60,727 nt of DNA, filler included, from Basidiobolus ranarum (GCA_040143965.1; 14 parts of 14 records of this genome joined end to end with filler, not necessarily neighbours in it); one strand, 5' to 3'. Shown: positions 1 to 11,750, numbered from the whole stretch's first letter. A program made the numbers and translations. The notes: a model not told the origin generated them from the letters alone.

Positions 1-963
1 TGCATATTCTCTGGGAGGTATGTGCCAATATCTTCAAAATTATGGATCTGATCAAATCATAGCAGTTAAGTGGATTTTCAGATATTTGAAAGGTACTGTG
101 GATCTGTGCTTAAAATACATATATTCTGGATCAAACTTTGATCTGATGGGATATTCAGATGCAAGTTGGGGAAGAGGTATTGAAGACAGGAGATCTACAG
201 CAGGATACTTATTTCTTTGCTGCAATGAAGCTATTTCTTGGAATTTAAAGAAACAACCTACCATAGAACTTTCAACAACAGAAGCAGAATACATGGCTGC
301 CTGTGAAGCAACAAAATAAGCAATATGGTTAAGAAACTCTCAACACATTTATACTATTCCCAAGGTCCACCAACTACAATATTTCAAGATTATTAAAGTT
401 GTATTAAATTAGCCAAAAATCCCATGTTTCATAATAAAGTAAACATATAGATATTAAGCATCACTTCATTAGAGAGACTATAGAGAATAGGTTTATTGAC
501 TTAACTTATTATTCAACTGAAGACATGATTGCTGATAGATTAACCAAATCATTAGGGAGACAGAAATTTCAGAAATTTAGACCTTTATTAGGATTAGTTT
601 ATATGACTATTCAGTAAAGGGAGAGTGTTGAAATTAACATTGCCTATATAGTCATATATAGCTTAGTACTTGGTTATCTTATAATTCACCACAATACTAT
701 CCATTATTCTCAATTGGATTTTACTTAGAATACTTTTACCAACTTAGAAGTTCTCTGATGTATGGATTTTTCAAACTTGTGCTAGAAGCCCCAAACTTTG
801 CACGCAAGTTGCTGGGACCTTCCTTAACACATTCTACATGTTAGTTTGCTCACATCTTGACAAAACTATAAATGTCAACTTTCTGCTCAATAAAACAATA
901 AGTGAAAACCACCAATTCCTCTAATTCTCCAAAGCACTTCCAACAGGCACCCAAATACAAACA
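1..963 (+). mobile_element. Ty1/Copia family A, degenerate RT-RNaseH 3' end plus 3' LTR
   Basis: GYSDASWG...RRSTAGY...ISW..KKQPTI.LSTTEAEYMA, with a stop at 317-319 and further lesions. PPT AAAGGGAGAG precedes the LTR, which starts TGTTGAAATT at 626. Confidence 0.95.
626..963 (+). repeat. Family A LTR (3' LTR)
   Basis: Follows the PPT. Aligns by eye with 5066-5413 and 42828-43175 (core AAACTTGTGCTAGAAGCCCCAAACTTTGCA). Confidence 0.9.
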
Positions 964-995
964 ATGCTGAACAAGAATTAAGGGAAGGTGATGGG

Positions 996-1180
996 TAATT
1001 AATCTTTATTTAACATCTTAGTTGACTTTAGTTATGATATTTGTATCAGAAACAGACAGCCACATATCTATAGCCCCTATATTCTTATTAGGAATTTCTC
1101 TATATCTATAGAATTGGTATGTCTTATTACCCCCACTTATCTATTATATCTTATTACACAAACTTTTGAATATCTCAACA
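996..1180 (-). repeat. Family B short LTR-like repeat
   Basis: Reverse complement of 8713-8890 (GTGTAATAAGATATAATAGATAAGTGGGGGTAATAAGACATAC). Starts TGTTGAGATATTC on the minus strand. Confidence 0.75.
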
Positions 1181-1928
1181 TTTGATTTGTTTCTCTACTA
1201 TATAAGTCATCATATTCTCTTGAAAATGAAGTAACTAAAGCACAAGTGTAAGTTGCCTCTAATATACAAAGTCTACCCCCATTATGTCAAGATCCTCCAA
1301 CAGTTATATATGGCAAAGTTTGATCTTTAGGAACCTTTCAAATCTTTGGAGAAACCCCCTGCAATAGATGCACCAATTGAGCAAGTTCAATCCCCTCATT
1401 TTTCACCCAATCCCCAATCAATACTTAAACAAGCATAATGTTACATAAGTTCCAGGACTAGAGGTATTGGATAAGCAACTATTCCAGCTATATACTTAAC
1501 AGATACTTGCCCAATATATACTGGAATCATTGAGAACCCTTTGAAGATATTACTAATATACTCTTATGACATTCATTTTCCACCACTGACTTGCATCAGA
1601 TTCAATGGCTTGGTGAGCAGTTTGTGTGAGTATTTGAGAGATTGTTTTATAGATGCAATCAAGAACAAATATAATTCTACCAATATTCATTTCATGCTTT
1701 GCTCCATTATAATAGTTTTTTGAGACTGTGGAACTATGCTTGAGTTTCTGGGGGTTTCTTATGGAAGCCTTATTTGGAGAAATACTACATCAAGCCATAT
1801 TCTCTGTTAACCCGTGCAAACCTCATCAAAGCTGTTACAGCTAAGTTGGTCATAGACATAATTTAGTGGAGCACAGAAGATTAAGAACACTGTGCTGGCA
1901 AAAATGGCACATATAGGTAATAGAGAAT

Positions 1929-2149
1929 TGTTTAAGTATTTTGGGAGCCTGTTGGAAGTGGTTGGGAGAAATAGAGAATTTGATAGTTTTCACTTATTAA
2001 TTTGTAGAGTTGAAAGTTGACATTTACAGTTTTGTCTTGATGCAAACCAACTGAGATGTAGAATGCTTTAATGAAGGTCCCAGGAACATGTGTGCAAAGT
2101 TTGGGGCTTCTAGCACAAGTTTAAAAATCTATATATCAATATATTTCTA
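1929..2149 (-). repeat. Family A LTR, 5'-truncated
   Basis: TGTTTAAGTATTTTGGGAGCCTGTTGGAAGTGG...GGGGCTTCTAGCACAAGTTT is the reverse complement of the family A LTR 3' part. Confidence 0.85.
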
Positions 2150-2481
2150 GCATGGTAATGCCCACCAGGCATAATGAGACAGCCATACCTTAGATGAGCC
2201 ATCAACACCATTTAACAATTGTCATGGTTTATTAGTGATATTTGCTTACTTATCAACAACTCTCTGATTTAGCTAATGATATGCTACTAATCCTTTTTTT
2301 GAAGAAAGCCTCCAGTTGAACCAGTTGTACTTTAAATCACCGGCATCATGATTTGTTTCAATCCTGAATTATATCGGTGGTTTCATGTACTAGTGCGTTT
2401 CTTGACGCTTTGTTATCAATAAAGCTCCAAAGTGGCGGTTTGTATGGTAGATATGAGTTTCAATATTCTGAATATATCGAA

Positions 2482-3768
2482 TCAACATTTGGTGTCTGAT
2501 ACTGAACTGCTCATGCCTGGTTGGTCATCATAAGGTGGAGGAAGGATATCGGCAATAGCATCAATTGGTGGTGGTAGCTCAAGTTCTATGCCAGGCACTT
2601 GTTCCAGTGGTGGTCTAGGCGCGGTAATGGTGACTAGCACTAGTATAGATAATTACCGATCAAAAAATGAACTCCGTATATCAGTCCATGTCGTACTTAC
2701 TCTCTACGCGGAACTCTTTTGCTTGCCTGTCAGTTTGAGTGTTCGTCCTGAGCATCATGATTACCTTCAGAATATGAGTCTTGATAACAACATTGGTGTG
2801 AATGGTGGCAGAGAGTATTGGAGCCTCAGGCATAATAACCATCAGAGTTCTTTCCCATCCCTTGACGGTTGAAGGCCAACCTGTGTTCACATGCACCGTC
2901 AAAAGCTCCTTCTTGCTTTTGTCAGATCCTCTGGTGGAATATAATTGTTGGTATTGCTTGAGTTTGACAGTTGCACTCACCACTACCACTTCTTGGCCAT
3001 ATAATCTGCAATTAGCGATAAACGGTGCAAACTGTATGGTGATGGGAACTGTCTGTCCTTGGTAAAGAGTGTCTGATTTTAGAGTACATGTATATGGAAG
3101 ACAGTCATTCCAGAGACCTCGATAGTCTTTGACTGTGGTTGGGTTCAGTGGGCTGGGGATGGGAAGAGATGAGCTATAGAGCCAAACGTCAGCTTCAACA
3201 ATCATATCACGATGGGGAAAGCTTCGCTCCAATGTAGCTGTGAAACAATAACTCATACGCCCATGGCGACCTTTCACAGAAGAAGGCATGCTTGGCAGCA
3301 AGGTGACTTCAAAGTTACACCTTGTTTGACCGGGACCAATAACGCCTGGGCGAATATGATCCAATTTCATGTCGAACTCTTTCTCCATCAAGATGTGTTT
3401 GCCTGAATAAGTGACTGTCGTCTGCCCATATTGTTCTACAATATCCGGTACATAAAAAACATACATAATGTTAGGTATATTATAGTCATTCAAGTAACTT
3501 AAAAGCTCTTTTGAAGAAAGTATTGAGGTTTTTCCACAATATCTTATGAGAACTTACGAGTCCAATGTGAACGTGCTTTGGCGAGAAATTGCAAGGAAAT
3601 ATCTTTGCCTTTAAATTCCTTTGTACTATTCAACTCGACATATCCACGAATGACTGCAGGTACCTCTGGTGTACTATAAATGACAGGTAATCCGAGCGGT
3701 CCATGCTGGTTCCGAGATTCAACGTGAATAGAGATATTTTTGTCACTGTCTCCGCTCCTATCAAACAT
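2482..3768 (-). CDS. Alpha-arrestin (arrestin N and C domains, PPPY motif), 3 exons, ~367 aa
   Basis: Exons 3768-3558, 3435-2701 and 2639-2482 splice in frame at GTAAGT/AG sites. Motifs IRGYVEL, F.VTLLPSMPSSVKGRHGRMSYCFTATLER, QGQTVPITIQF and C-terminal LPPPY. TATA box ~60 bp upstream. Confidence 0.88.
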
Positions 3769-4138
3769 TGCGTAATAGTCCCTTTTAATGAATTGGCCTT
3801 TATGACAAAACTGTGATGCGGTTTTTATATATCGAGTGAAGGGCTGAGTCACGAGTTTTATTGGGTTGTAGTTTCTGTGAATAGTGTGCCTGCTCGACGT
3901 CGTCTACAAGTCGGATAATAGGGGGACTATGAAGTATTCAACTAGCTGAATCTCCTCTCACACTCTGATGCTCACATGATAAGATCCATAACCATCCATC
4001 TCCACATGGCTTGAAAGATTAGAGTTGAAACAAGAGATGTTCCCATCATTCCAGGAATAATCAAAGATTGGACAAAATTGAATGGTCAATTGCGGATATC
4101 GCCAAGATTCGTTATTTCCCAAATTGCCACAACTAGTC

Positions 4139-4219
4139 GTGCAGATCCATACAGATATATTGAGCAAATCTATCACTCTGAATCAATCTAAATACATCTC
4201 AGACATTCTCAGACGTTAC
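4139..4219 (+). mobile_element. Small Copia RT fragment
   Basis: QIHTDILSKSITLNQSKYISDILRRY; closely matches the reverse complement of ~37450-37530. Confidence 0.7.
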
Positions 4220-4257
4220 CTGCCACAGCTGAAGAGATAGACTGGAAAATCTGGCAT

Positions 4258-4357
4258 NNNNNNNNNNNNNNNNNNNNNNNNNNNNNNNNNNNNNNNNNNN
4301 NTTAATTAATTAANNNNNNNNNNNNNNNNNNNNNNNNNNNNNNNNNNNNNNNNNNNN
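4258..4357. other. Artificial contig linker (first of 13)
   Basis: N44-TTAATTAATTAA-N44 (stops in all six frames). Identical linkers start at 4258, 8613, 12965, 17315, 21663, 26009, 30354, 34696, 39038, 43379, 47719, 52058 and 56394. Contig lengths fall or tie from 4257 down to 4234. Confidence 0.99.
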
Positions 4358-5413
4358 GATTCAAATGAAAGCCAGAAATTTCCTTATCAATCTATGGTTG
4401 GTAGTTTGATGTATATCATGGTTGGAACATGGCCAGATATTGCATATTCTGTGGGAGTTATATGTCAATATCTTCAAAATTATGGATCTGATCAAATCAT
4501 AGCAGTGAAGCAGATTTTCAGATATTTGAAAGGTACTGTGGATCTATGCTTAAAATGCACATATTCTGGATCAAACTTTGATCTGATAGGATATTCAGAT
4601 GCAAACTGGGGAAGAGATATTGAAGACAGGAGATCTACAACAGGATACTTTTTTCTTTGCTGTAATGGAGCTATTTCTTGGAATTCAAAGAAACAACCTA
4701 CTATAGCACTTTCAACAACCAAAGCTGAATATATGGCTGCCTGTGAAGCAACAAAAGAAGCAATATGGTTAAGAAAACTCTATAGATTTGGGTTATTCTC
4801 AAAACTCACCAACTACCATATTTCAAGATAATCAAAGTTGTGTCAAATTAGCTAAAAATCCCATGTTTCATAATAGAAGCAAATATATAGATATTAAGCA
4901 TCACTTCATTAGAGAGACTATAGGGAATAAGTTTATCAACTTAACTTCTTGTCCTAGAGAAGACATGATTGCTGATATATTAACCAAATCATTAGCTAGA
5001 CAGAAATTTGAGAAATTTAGACCTTTATTAGGATTAGTTTATACAACTATTTAGTTGAGGGAGAGTGTTGAAATTAGCTATGTCTAAACACCTATATAGT
5101 CATATATAACTTAGTAATTAGTTATCTTATAACTCACTCAGATATTATCCATTATTCTCATAAGGAATTTACTTGGAATATTGACACCAACTTAGAAGTT
5201 CTCAGATATATAGATTTTGCAAACTTGTGCTAGAAGCCCCAAACTTTGCACACATATTCCTGGGACCTTCCTTAGCACATTCTACATGTTAGTTTGTTTA
5301 CATCTTGACAAAACTATAAATGTCAACTGAACACTCAACAAATCAATAAGTGAAAACCACCAATTCTTCTAATTCTCCAAACCACTTGCAACAGGCTCCC
5401 AAATACTTTAACA
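4358..5413 (+). mobile_element. Ty1/Copia family A, RT-RNaseH 3' end plus complete 3' LTR (5066-5413)
   Basis: PYQSMVGSLMY, GYSDANWG, KQPTIALST, DNQS, KYIDIKHHFIRE, MIADILTK. Frameshift near 4780. PPT GAGGGAGAG. LTR runs TGTTGAAA...CTTTAACA (348 bp). Confidence 0.96.
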
Positions 5414-6490
5414 GAATACATTCTAAATATGGAAGAGGTAACCAGAGGAAGTTGGACTTGAAGTCCCAAAGTCATGTTAATTAACTCATTTATGGTTAAA
5501 GTAATCTTTCTTAACCTTTGAATGATTTTGTTTTGTTTGTTCACAGTAATATCTTTGAAAGTAGCAACAGTTTATTTCTGGTCAATAATATGAATACCAC
5601 TTAAACTCATACTAACTCCATTTCTTAACACTCTTTCTACAAATCTTTCGTCTTGTTAAAAGTGCAGCGTTCCAATTGTTCATTTTTTTATCTATATTTG
5701 CATTAAGAATTAATTTTGTATTTGATTAAATAAATCACTGCTATACTGGAACTACTAGTTAGAGCTCATGCTTCATATTTCACTCCCACTAGAGCAGTCT
5801 TTTGATATGGTTCCTTTTCCTCTGGCTTTACTAATAGAACAGCGCTTATTACAATAGTCAAGTACACAATACCAAATTTCGGTATGTTTCATAGCATATA
5901 TCAGGCGTGAATGCGTATTAAGTACACCAACTCATTGTTGGGATATCTGTTAGATATATAAAATCTAATATATTGCGAATGCCAAAAGCAAAATTTCAGG
6001 ATTAAAGATCCCGATCCGCCATTTAACGGGGTATATTCGTTGTTGGCAAGATAAACAGTAAGGATCACGAAAATTAAGATGGGTTGGACCACTGTTACTC
6101 TACCTTGTTACCAGCAAATAGCCATTGTAGGTCTTGTCACCGTTACAGTCAGTGAATTGTCCCCATCAATCCGGTCAAATTTTAGATTTATCCTCCGCGA
6201 TTATCTCGGATTGATTCGGGCAACCCATTTTTTTTCACCATTACCAGTTAGAAGGCTAATTCTACTCAGGTGTCATGGAGAGTGATATATGCATCGGAAT
6301 CTTTCGCTATGATATGGAAGACAGGGATGAGCTAATGCTAATAAATTCTAAATTTGGTAATGAAATCCGGAGAGCGAGTGATCGACTGATTGGATGTGGG
6401 CAATGATCAGGTGGAGTTTGGGGGAATTCGGATGATAGTGTTCGGACGATAAAGGAAGCATTTCGTCCATATAAAAAAGAGAAAGTGGCG

Positions 6491-7261
6491 ATGATGTGTG
6501 AGGATTCACTGCCTCATCTGACATCAGTCACATTGGAGATGGTTCCCTCCTTCAACACAATATTTATACCAGTCACCCCTCAACCATGTGAGTCATCGGA
6601 GCAGAAGAAGACTCTGCTGGCTGTGCCCCACCTCTCTGACTCTCGCCAATTCCTTATCAATCATTTCCCTCGTCTCTCCACAGTAAGAATGGCCGAATTT
6701 GCGGCCAATGTGGTATCTTTTCTTTGGTCAGTTCCCAACTCTATCCTCCAAACCAAAGGGCCTATCCCAATGCATTCCACTTCGCATCTCAAGGATACCT
6801 TTTCGAACATTTTATTAAACCTCGAGCTGCCAACTGTCGCCGTCACCCTGGCACTCAAATATATGTACCGACTGCGTATCTCCTTGAATGCCTCTACTGT
6901 AAATCCTGATCACCTGACCAGCTTGTTTGTTTCGTGTCTCCTATTAGCGGCCAAGTATCATCTTGACGTCAACATTCGAAACTCCGAGTGGTCAGGCAAA
7001 GTGGGGATTGTTGCATCGGAATTATCAGGGATGGAGCGTTGGCTCCTAAGGCAGCTTGGATACAACCTTGGAATATCTTATGAGGATTTCCTCACTTGGA
7101 TAAAATGGCTAAGCAGCAGCTGGGATCAACCCTTAGTGGATACCAAGATACATACTATCCACCTAGAAACACTCCACATGTTAAACTCTCAACTTACTGC
7201 TCAGTATCTACAACAGACCTCGCAGTATTCCGACCTCTCTCTATTAGCCACACCAGTATGA
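6491..7261 (+). CDS. PCL/Clg1/PHO80-like cyclin, intronless
   Basis: Cyclin box: VTLALKYMYRL...LFVSCLLLAAKYHLD..IRNSEWS..VGI...EL..MER.LL..LGYNL. TATAAAA at ~6470 suggests the true start may be the ATG at 6539. Confidence 0.8.
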   Translation: MMCEDSLPHLTSVTLEMVPSFNTIFIPVTPQPCESSEQKKTLLAVPHLSDSRQFLINHFPRLSTVRMAEFAANVVSFLWSVPNSILQTKGPIPMHSTSHLKDTFSNILLNLELPTVAVTLALKYMYRLRISLNASTVNPDHLTSLFVSCLLLAAKYHLDVNIRNSEWSGKVGIVASELSGMERWLLRQLGYNLGISYEDFLTWIKWLSSSWDQPLVDTKIHTIHLETLHMLNSQLTAQYLQQTSQYSDLSLLATPV

Positions 7262-8370
7262 GTACTGGCTTCATGTACCCAGCCATTACTCAATATGTAT
7301 ATACCCCTTGACTTATCCCCTAATGAACCTCGCGACTCCATTGTATCTTGTACAATAACTAATTATTCACCTTAATAAACCTTCATTTGCTGCATAGAAA
7401 TATCGGACTTTCAACACTCGTTGATATATGAGGGTCATTAGGCGATTTTGAGATTGATAAAATTCGAGATTAATGGATTTATCTCTAGATACATTGAGTA
7501 CTGCTTATAGCCGCAGCTCTCGCCAATCTGCCTTCAACAGCTAGGACTCGCCACTCTAGTATGCCTTGGAGGTAGCTTCAATTTGTAAACCCTTCGAAGC
7601 ATGAACCAAATGCCTTGTTAGAATCATTCGATGATCCTATGGAGGATATTCAAAATTCTACTGTAAGATATCCAGAACCCTTTGGAGCTAGCGATGCTTC
7701 TGTCGACTTGACAACAGTAGAGAAGATCATGGATAAAATGGTGGATCAAGGTTTCTTCAACAGTAGCATTCTCTACCAATTCTATTTCTTTACAGTAGAT
7801 TACTTGGCTAAGAAAAACCCAAACATGCGCACATACAATGTAGAATTCGAATAGAATTTCAAGGAGAATGAGCTTTCTTGAAGCGCTAATCCCATTGCCT
7901 ATTCGCTTTGCTGCCACCCCTTTCCCATATAGTTTTGTTCCTACAGTATATTCACCCTAACTATTGGCATTCATAAAAACCATCCTGAATAACTATGGCA
8001 ATTTTACCACCTACGTTCAAAATGAACCAGTATTTACTTGATTCTTAGGATAATAGATTTCCACTTAGCTTAGGATCATGATGGTTGGTGAACATTCCAA
8101 AATACTGAAATTAGATCAAAATCTCATTTTCCAATTTATTTCCAAAAATTTTACATTCCACTTTCAGAGGAAACGTTTTTTTCCCAAACAGGTCGATTTG
8201 GTACAAATGATGGCCCAATGCTTGTCCTGTTCTTTCTTTTACCTAATCGCACCTATTTCCATCCATTTGGTCAGTATCCATCCGTCTCTCTATGAAGTTG
8301 TATAGAATAGGATACACTCAGACATCGGTTATTAACATGTCCTTTGCATTCAGGTTAACTTGGGCTAAAC

Positions 8371-8612
8371 ATGAAGGACATTTACAAGGAAGAAGAGCTT
8401 ACTATCCCTGAAGGAGTTACCGTAGATATCAAGTCTCGTACTATCCGCGTTAAGGGACCCCGTGGTACTCTTACCAATGACTTCCATCATGTCAACATGG
8501 ACATCCAAAAGATCAGTGCCGAGAAGATTCGCTTGGTTGTCTGGCACGGAGTTCGTAAGCATGTTGCTTGTCTTCGCCCCATCGCTTCCCTCATTCGCTA
8601 CATGATCATCGG
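8371..8612 (+). CDS. RPL9: 60S ribosomal protein L9 (uL6), 5' part, cut by contig end
   Basis: MKDIYKEEELTIPEGVTVDIKSRTIRVKGPRGTL...VWHGVRKHVACLR. A probable 5'UTR intron acceptor (TTTGCATTCAG) lies just upstream. Confidence 0.95.
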
Positions 8613-8712
8613 NNNNNNNNNNNNNNNNNNNNNNNNNNNNNNNNNNNNNNNNNNNNTTAATTAATTAANNNNNNNNNNNNNNNNNNNNNNNNNNNNNNNN
8701 NNNNNNNNNNNN

Positions 8713-8910
8713 GATATTCAGGAGTTTGTGTAATAAGATATAATAGATAAGTGGGGGTAATAAGACATACTTGTTATATAGATATAGAGATATTCCTATT
8801 TAGAATATAGGGGCTATAGATATATTGCTTTCTGTTTCTGATATATGTATCATAACTAAAGTTAACTATGATGTTGAATAAAGATTAATTATCTAACAAA
8901 TTCTCCAACA
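8713..8910 (+). repeat. Family B short LTR-like repeat (~200 bp)
   Basis: Matches 996-1180 (minus). Contains AATAAA and ends TCTCCAACA, complementary to the TGTTG start seen in the other copy. Confidence 0.75.
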
Positions 8911-9550
8911 ATACTTTGAGTCTCTTCCACTGAGTTTATAGATTAAGTTGGTTAGAGTATCTAAATCAACCACTTGAGTGAGAGCCCATTTGACTTGTCT
9001 AAGTCCATATTATTTACTAAAGGAACATTATACTGATGTTTTTCATCTCTCCTGTGTTTTTGACAGTGTAGGAGGGAAGTTCTTTACAAATAACTTTGGA
9101 AATACTCATCCCAATTTATTTGTATTATTGACTGTACTCAATTCTTAATTATCCAAATTTTGCTGTATTTTGAATACAGTTTATGCTCAACTATTATCTC
9201 TCCCCATTTTTCCCCATTAGTGGAGAACAGCGGAACACCCATGATGTGTATTTATTGTTAGCATGTTAGATATTAGTTGCATGTACTCCAGAGTTCATTG
9301 GAACTTGACTGGTGTGCAGTCAACTTTCTTTCCACTAAGTCTCCATGCAGCATCCAAAAAAAGTACATAGTATCTATATGTATATACACATGTATATAGA
9401 GATATATGAAATTAATCAGTTGTGTGGCCAGATTTTGAGATGTTGCCAAATGGACTGTATATAAAACATATGTTTCAATTTTCAGCTAAGTCATATTTGA
9501 CCAAGTAATATCAACTAGCTTAAATGTGATATACAGAATACTAAGGTGTA

Positions 9551-9618
9551 CAGAGATAGGGATATCAGCTATGATAAACATAATCAGAGATAGAGATATC
9601 AGCTATGATAAACATAAT
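9551..9618. repeat. 34-bp tandem duplication
   Basis: CAGAGATAG(G/A)GATATCAGCTATGATAAACATAAT x2, one mismatch. Confidence 0.9.
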
Positions 9619-9950
9619 AATTATTTTCTATCGCCAAATACTGGCAATACTATGATTAAACTTAATACCCTCTTGTAACATACTCCATCCACACGCATGA
9701 CTCTTTCGCTACATATCACTAAATTATATTATCTTAACACGTTTATGGAAACACCATACTATATAATCATCAGTATCCACCTGTCGTTTACATGCAGAAT
9801 ATTGATTGATTCTCAAATGTGATAATACGCTTCAACAGTTCTTTGGGCCAAAAAGACATAATGATTGGAGTTTGATGTAGTAGTATATATAAATCTCTAA
9901 TCATGAGATTGAACCATTCTTTATATGTTTAGGACAATGCAAGGACAAAT

Positions 9951-11750
9951 TCAGTAACTATTAGCGCTAGCATCCGCAATAATATCTGCTGCAGCTTTAT
10001 AACCTACCATGTGAATGAACAACACCGGAAAATATCCAGGGATCTCGGTGAATACCGAAGCATCCACTACCCTAAGATTCTGTGTACCACGAACTCGGAA
10101 TCGTTGGTCAAGGACTGCCATAGGATCATTATCATGTCCAACTTTAGCTGTGCAGCAAGCATGATGACCCCAAGTAGTCTTACGAATATAATCCTTCAAC
10201 TCCTCATCGGTAGTTACGTTCAATCCAGGCAAGTGCTCGGTGAAACCACTCCAGTGAGGCCCAGAATCGCGTTTTCTTTGAATTCGAATTTGCTTCACAA
10301 TAGCGTTGAGATCATGCTCTCCGCCCTGCTCGAAGTAGTGGAAGTTGATGTATGGAGTTTCGAAGGGATTTTTGGACTTTAATTTCACTTCCCCGGCTTT
10401 ATTCTTAGTATGAGCCTTAAGAATAAGATGAGACATAGAGTCCGGATGATCAGCGGCGAATTGAGCATAACCCTTGAAGAAACCTTCGAAACGGAGAGCT
10501 AGGTTAATGGTAAACAAATCCGGCTCATTCAGGCTTGGATCTGACTTATCCATATATCCGGACAAAATCCCATCAGAGATGTAAGGACCAGCACGATGTT
10601 TTTGATACATGTCGAAGCATGGATCGCTGAAATTAGCCCAGAATTTGCAATGTTTCAAATGAGCAAACTTGCGATTTAACTTCATAATATGAGGAGTCTC
10701 ATAACGATCTTGCATATTTCTACCAACCCCTTTGAGGTCAACTCTTGGCTCGATATCCATAGCTGCAAGATGCTCTGCATCACCAATGCCACTAAGCATC
10801 AATAATTGAGGAGTGTTGAATGTTCCTGCAGAAAGAATGATTTCTTTCTTTGCATACACCTTCCCGTGGGGCGCGTGCTCCCGATTTTCATCGTTTGATA
10901 GAGGACTTGCTTTGTATAGATATCGCCCTTTCTTGTACTCGACTCCTTTCGCTGTATTTTCTTGATCGAGTAGGATTTTGGTGGCAAGAGTATCGGTCCA
11001 GATAGTGAGCTTACCATTGCTAGCTACTTCCTTTATGTAGCCAGAGAAATCACCACGCTCGAAGACTTTGCCATCCACATTTTGCGGAATTAGCATTCTA
11101 CCTTCTTGATCAGATTCCAAGGCACCTGTACGAGTATATCCATTTACATCACGAGAGGTGTCTCCCCCTAGAACCTTTAATACATCGCGGAGCTGAGGAT
11201 CCAGTGTTGGTTGACGAGTGAAGTCCGAGTAACTAGTAGGAAACCAGCCATTGAAGCCATGATCTGCTTCGTTAACATCAGCTTTATTATAATGATTACG
11301 TTCCATTTGTTTGAAATATTTCCGCATATTCGCCTCTTTCCAACCATCATCATTAGTGGCTTCTACCAACGCATCAAAGTCTCTAGTGTTAGGATACATT
11401 CCCACCATAGCATGATGATTTGGACAACCACCAAGTGCACCAACACGAGGATAGTACACATTTTGACGAACACCAGTACTTTCCGGATAGTTTTTAACGA
11501 AGTATTCGAACGAAATGGCGGGATCCTCGGATGCTTGGAGATGCATACCGGGCGTGGAAATAACTGCACTTTTATAGTCTGGACCTGCCTCTATCAGTAA
11601 AGTATCAAAACCTGCCTTTGCTAGTTCTGTGGCTACTACTCCTCCGCCGGCTCCACTGCCCACGACAATATAGTCAAACTGTTGGCTGTGAACGCATATA
11701 CCCAGGGAAATGGTAGTCAATATCAAACCCAGAAGACAACGGCCGGACAT
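9951..11750 (-). CDS. Secreted GMC (glucose-methanol-choline) oxidoreductase, 599 aa, intronless
   Basis: Hydrophobic signal peptide; FAD motif FDYIVVGSGAGGG; YPRVGALGGC; ILSAGTFNTPQLLMLSGIG; GVGRNMQDRYE; WGHHACCTAKVG; VLDQRFRVRGTQNLRVVDAS. Confidence 0.95.
   Translation of the reverse strand: MSGRCLLGLILTTISLGICVHSQQFDYIVVGSGAGGGVVATELAKAGFDTLLIEAGPDYKSAVISTPGMHLQASEDPAISFEYFVKNYPESTGVRQNVYYPRVGALGGCPNHHAMVGMYPNTRDFDALVEATNDDGWKEANMRKYFKQMERNHYNKADVNEADHGFNGWFPTSYSDFTRQPTLDPQLRDVLKVLGGDTSRDVNGYTRTGALESDQEGRMLIPQNVDGKVFERGDFSGYIKEVASNGKLTIWTDTLATKILLDQENTAKGVEYKKGRYLYKASPLSNDENREHAPHGKVYAKKEIILSAGTFNTPQLLMLSGIGDAEHLAAMDIEPRVDLKGVGRNMQDRYETPHIMKLNRKFAHLKHCKFWANFSDPCFDMYQKHRAGPYISDGILSGYMDKSDPSLNEPDLFTINLALRFEGFFKGYAQFAADHPDSMSHLILKAHTKNKAGEVKLKSKNPFETPYINFHYFEQGGEHDLNAIVKQIRIQRKRDSGPHWSGFTEHLPGLNVTTDEELKDYIRKTTWGHHACCTAKVGHDNDPMAVLDQRFRVRGTQNLRVVDASVFTEIPGYFPVLFIHMVGYKAAADIIADASANSY

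Noticed and set aside
4302..4313. Regularly spaced TTAATTAATTAA palindromes as a biological repeat or CRISPR-like array
   Set aside because: Always centred in identical N blocks; a synthetic six-frame-stop linker.
7615..7854. 79-aa ORF with protein-like composition
   Set aside because: No ATG start, no recognisable family and no consistent splice model; may be a gene relic but cannot be supported.
10011..11600. Plus-strand and alternate-frame ORFs over the GMC gene (likewise those over arrestin, NOG1 and the WW gene)
   Set aside because: Shadow ORFs of well-supported genes.
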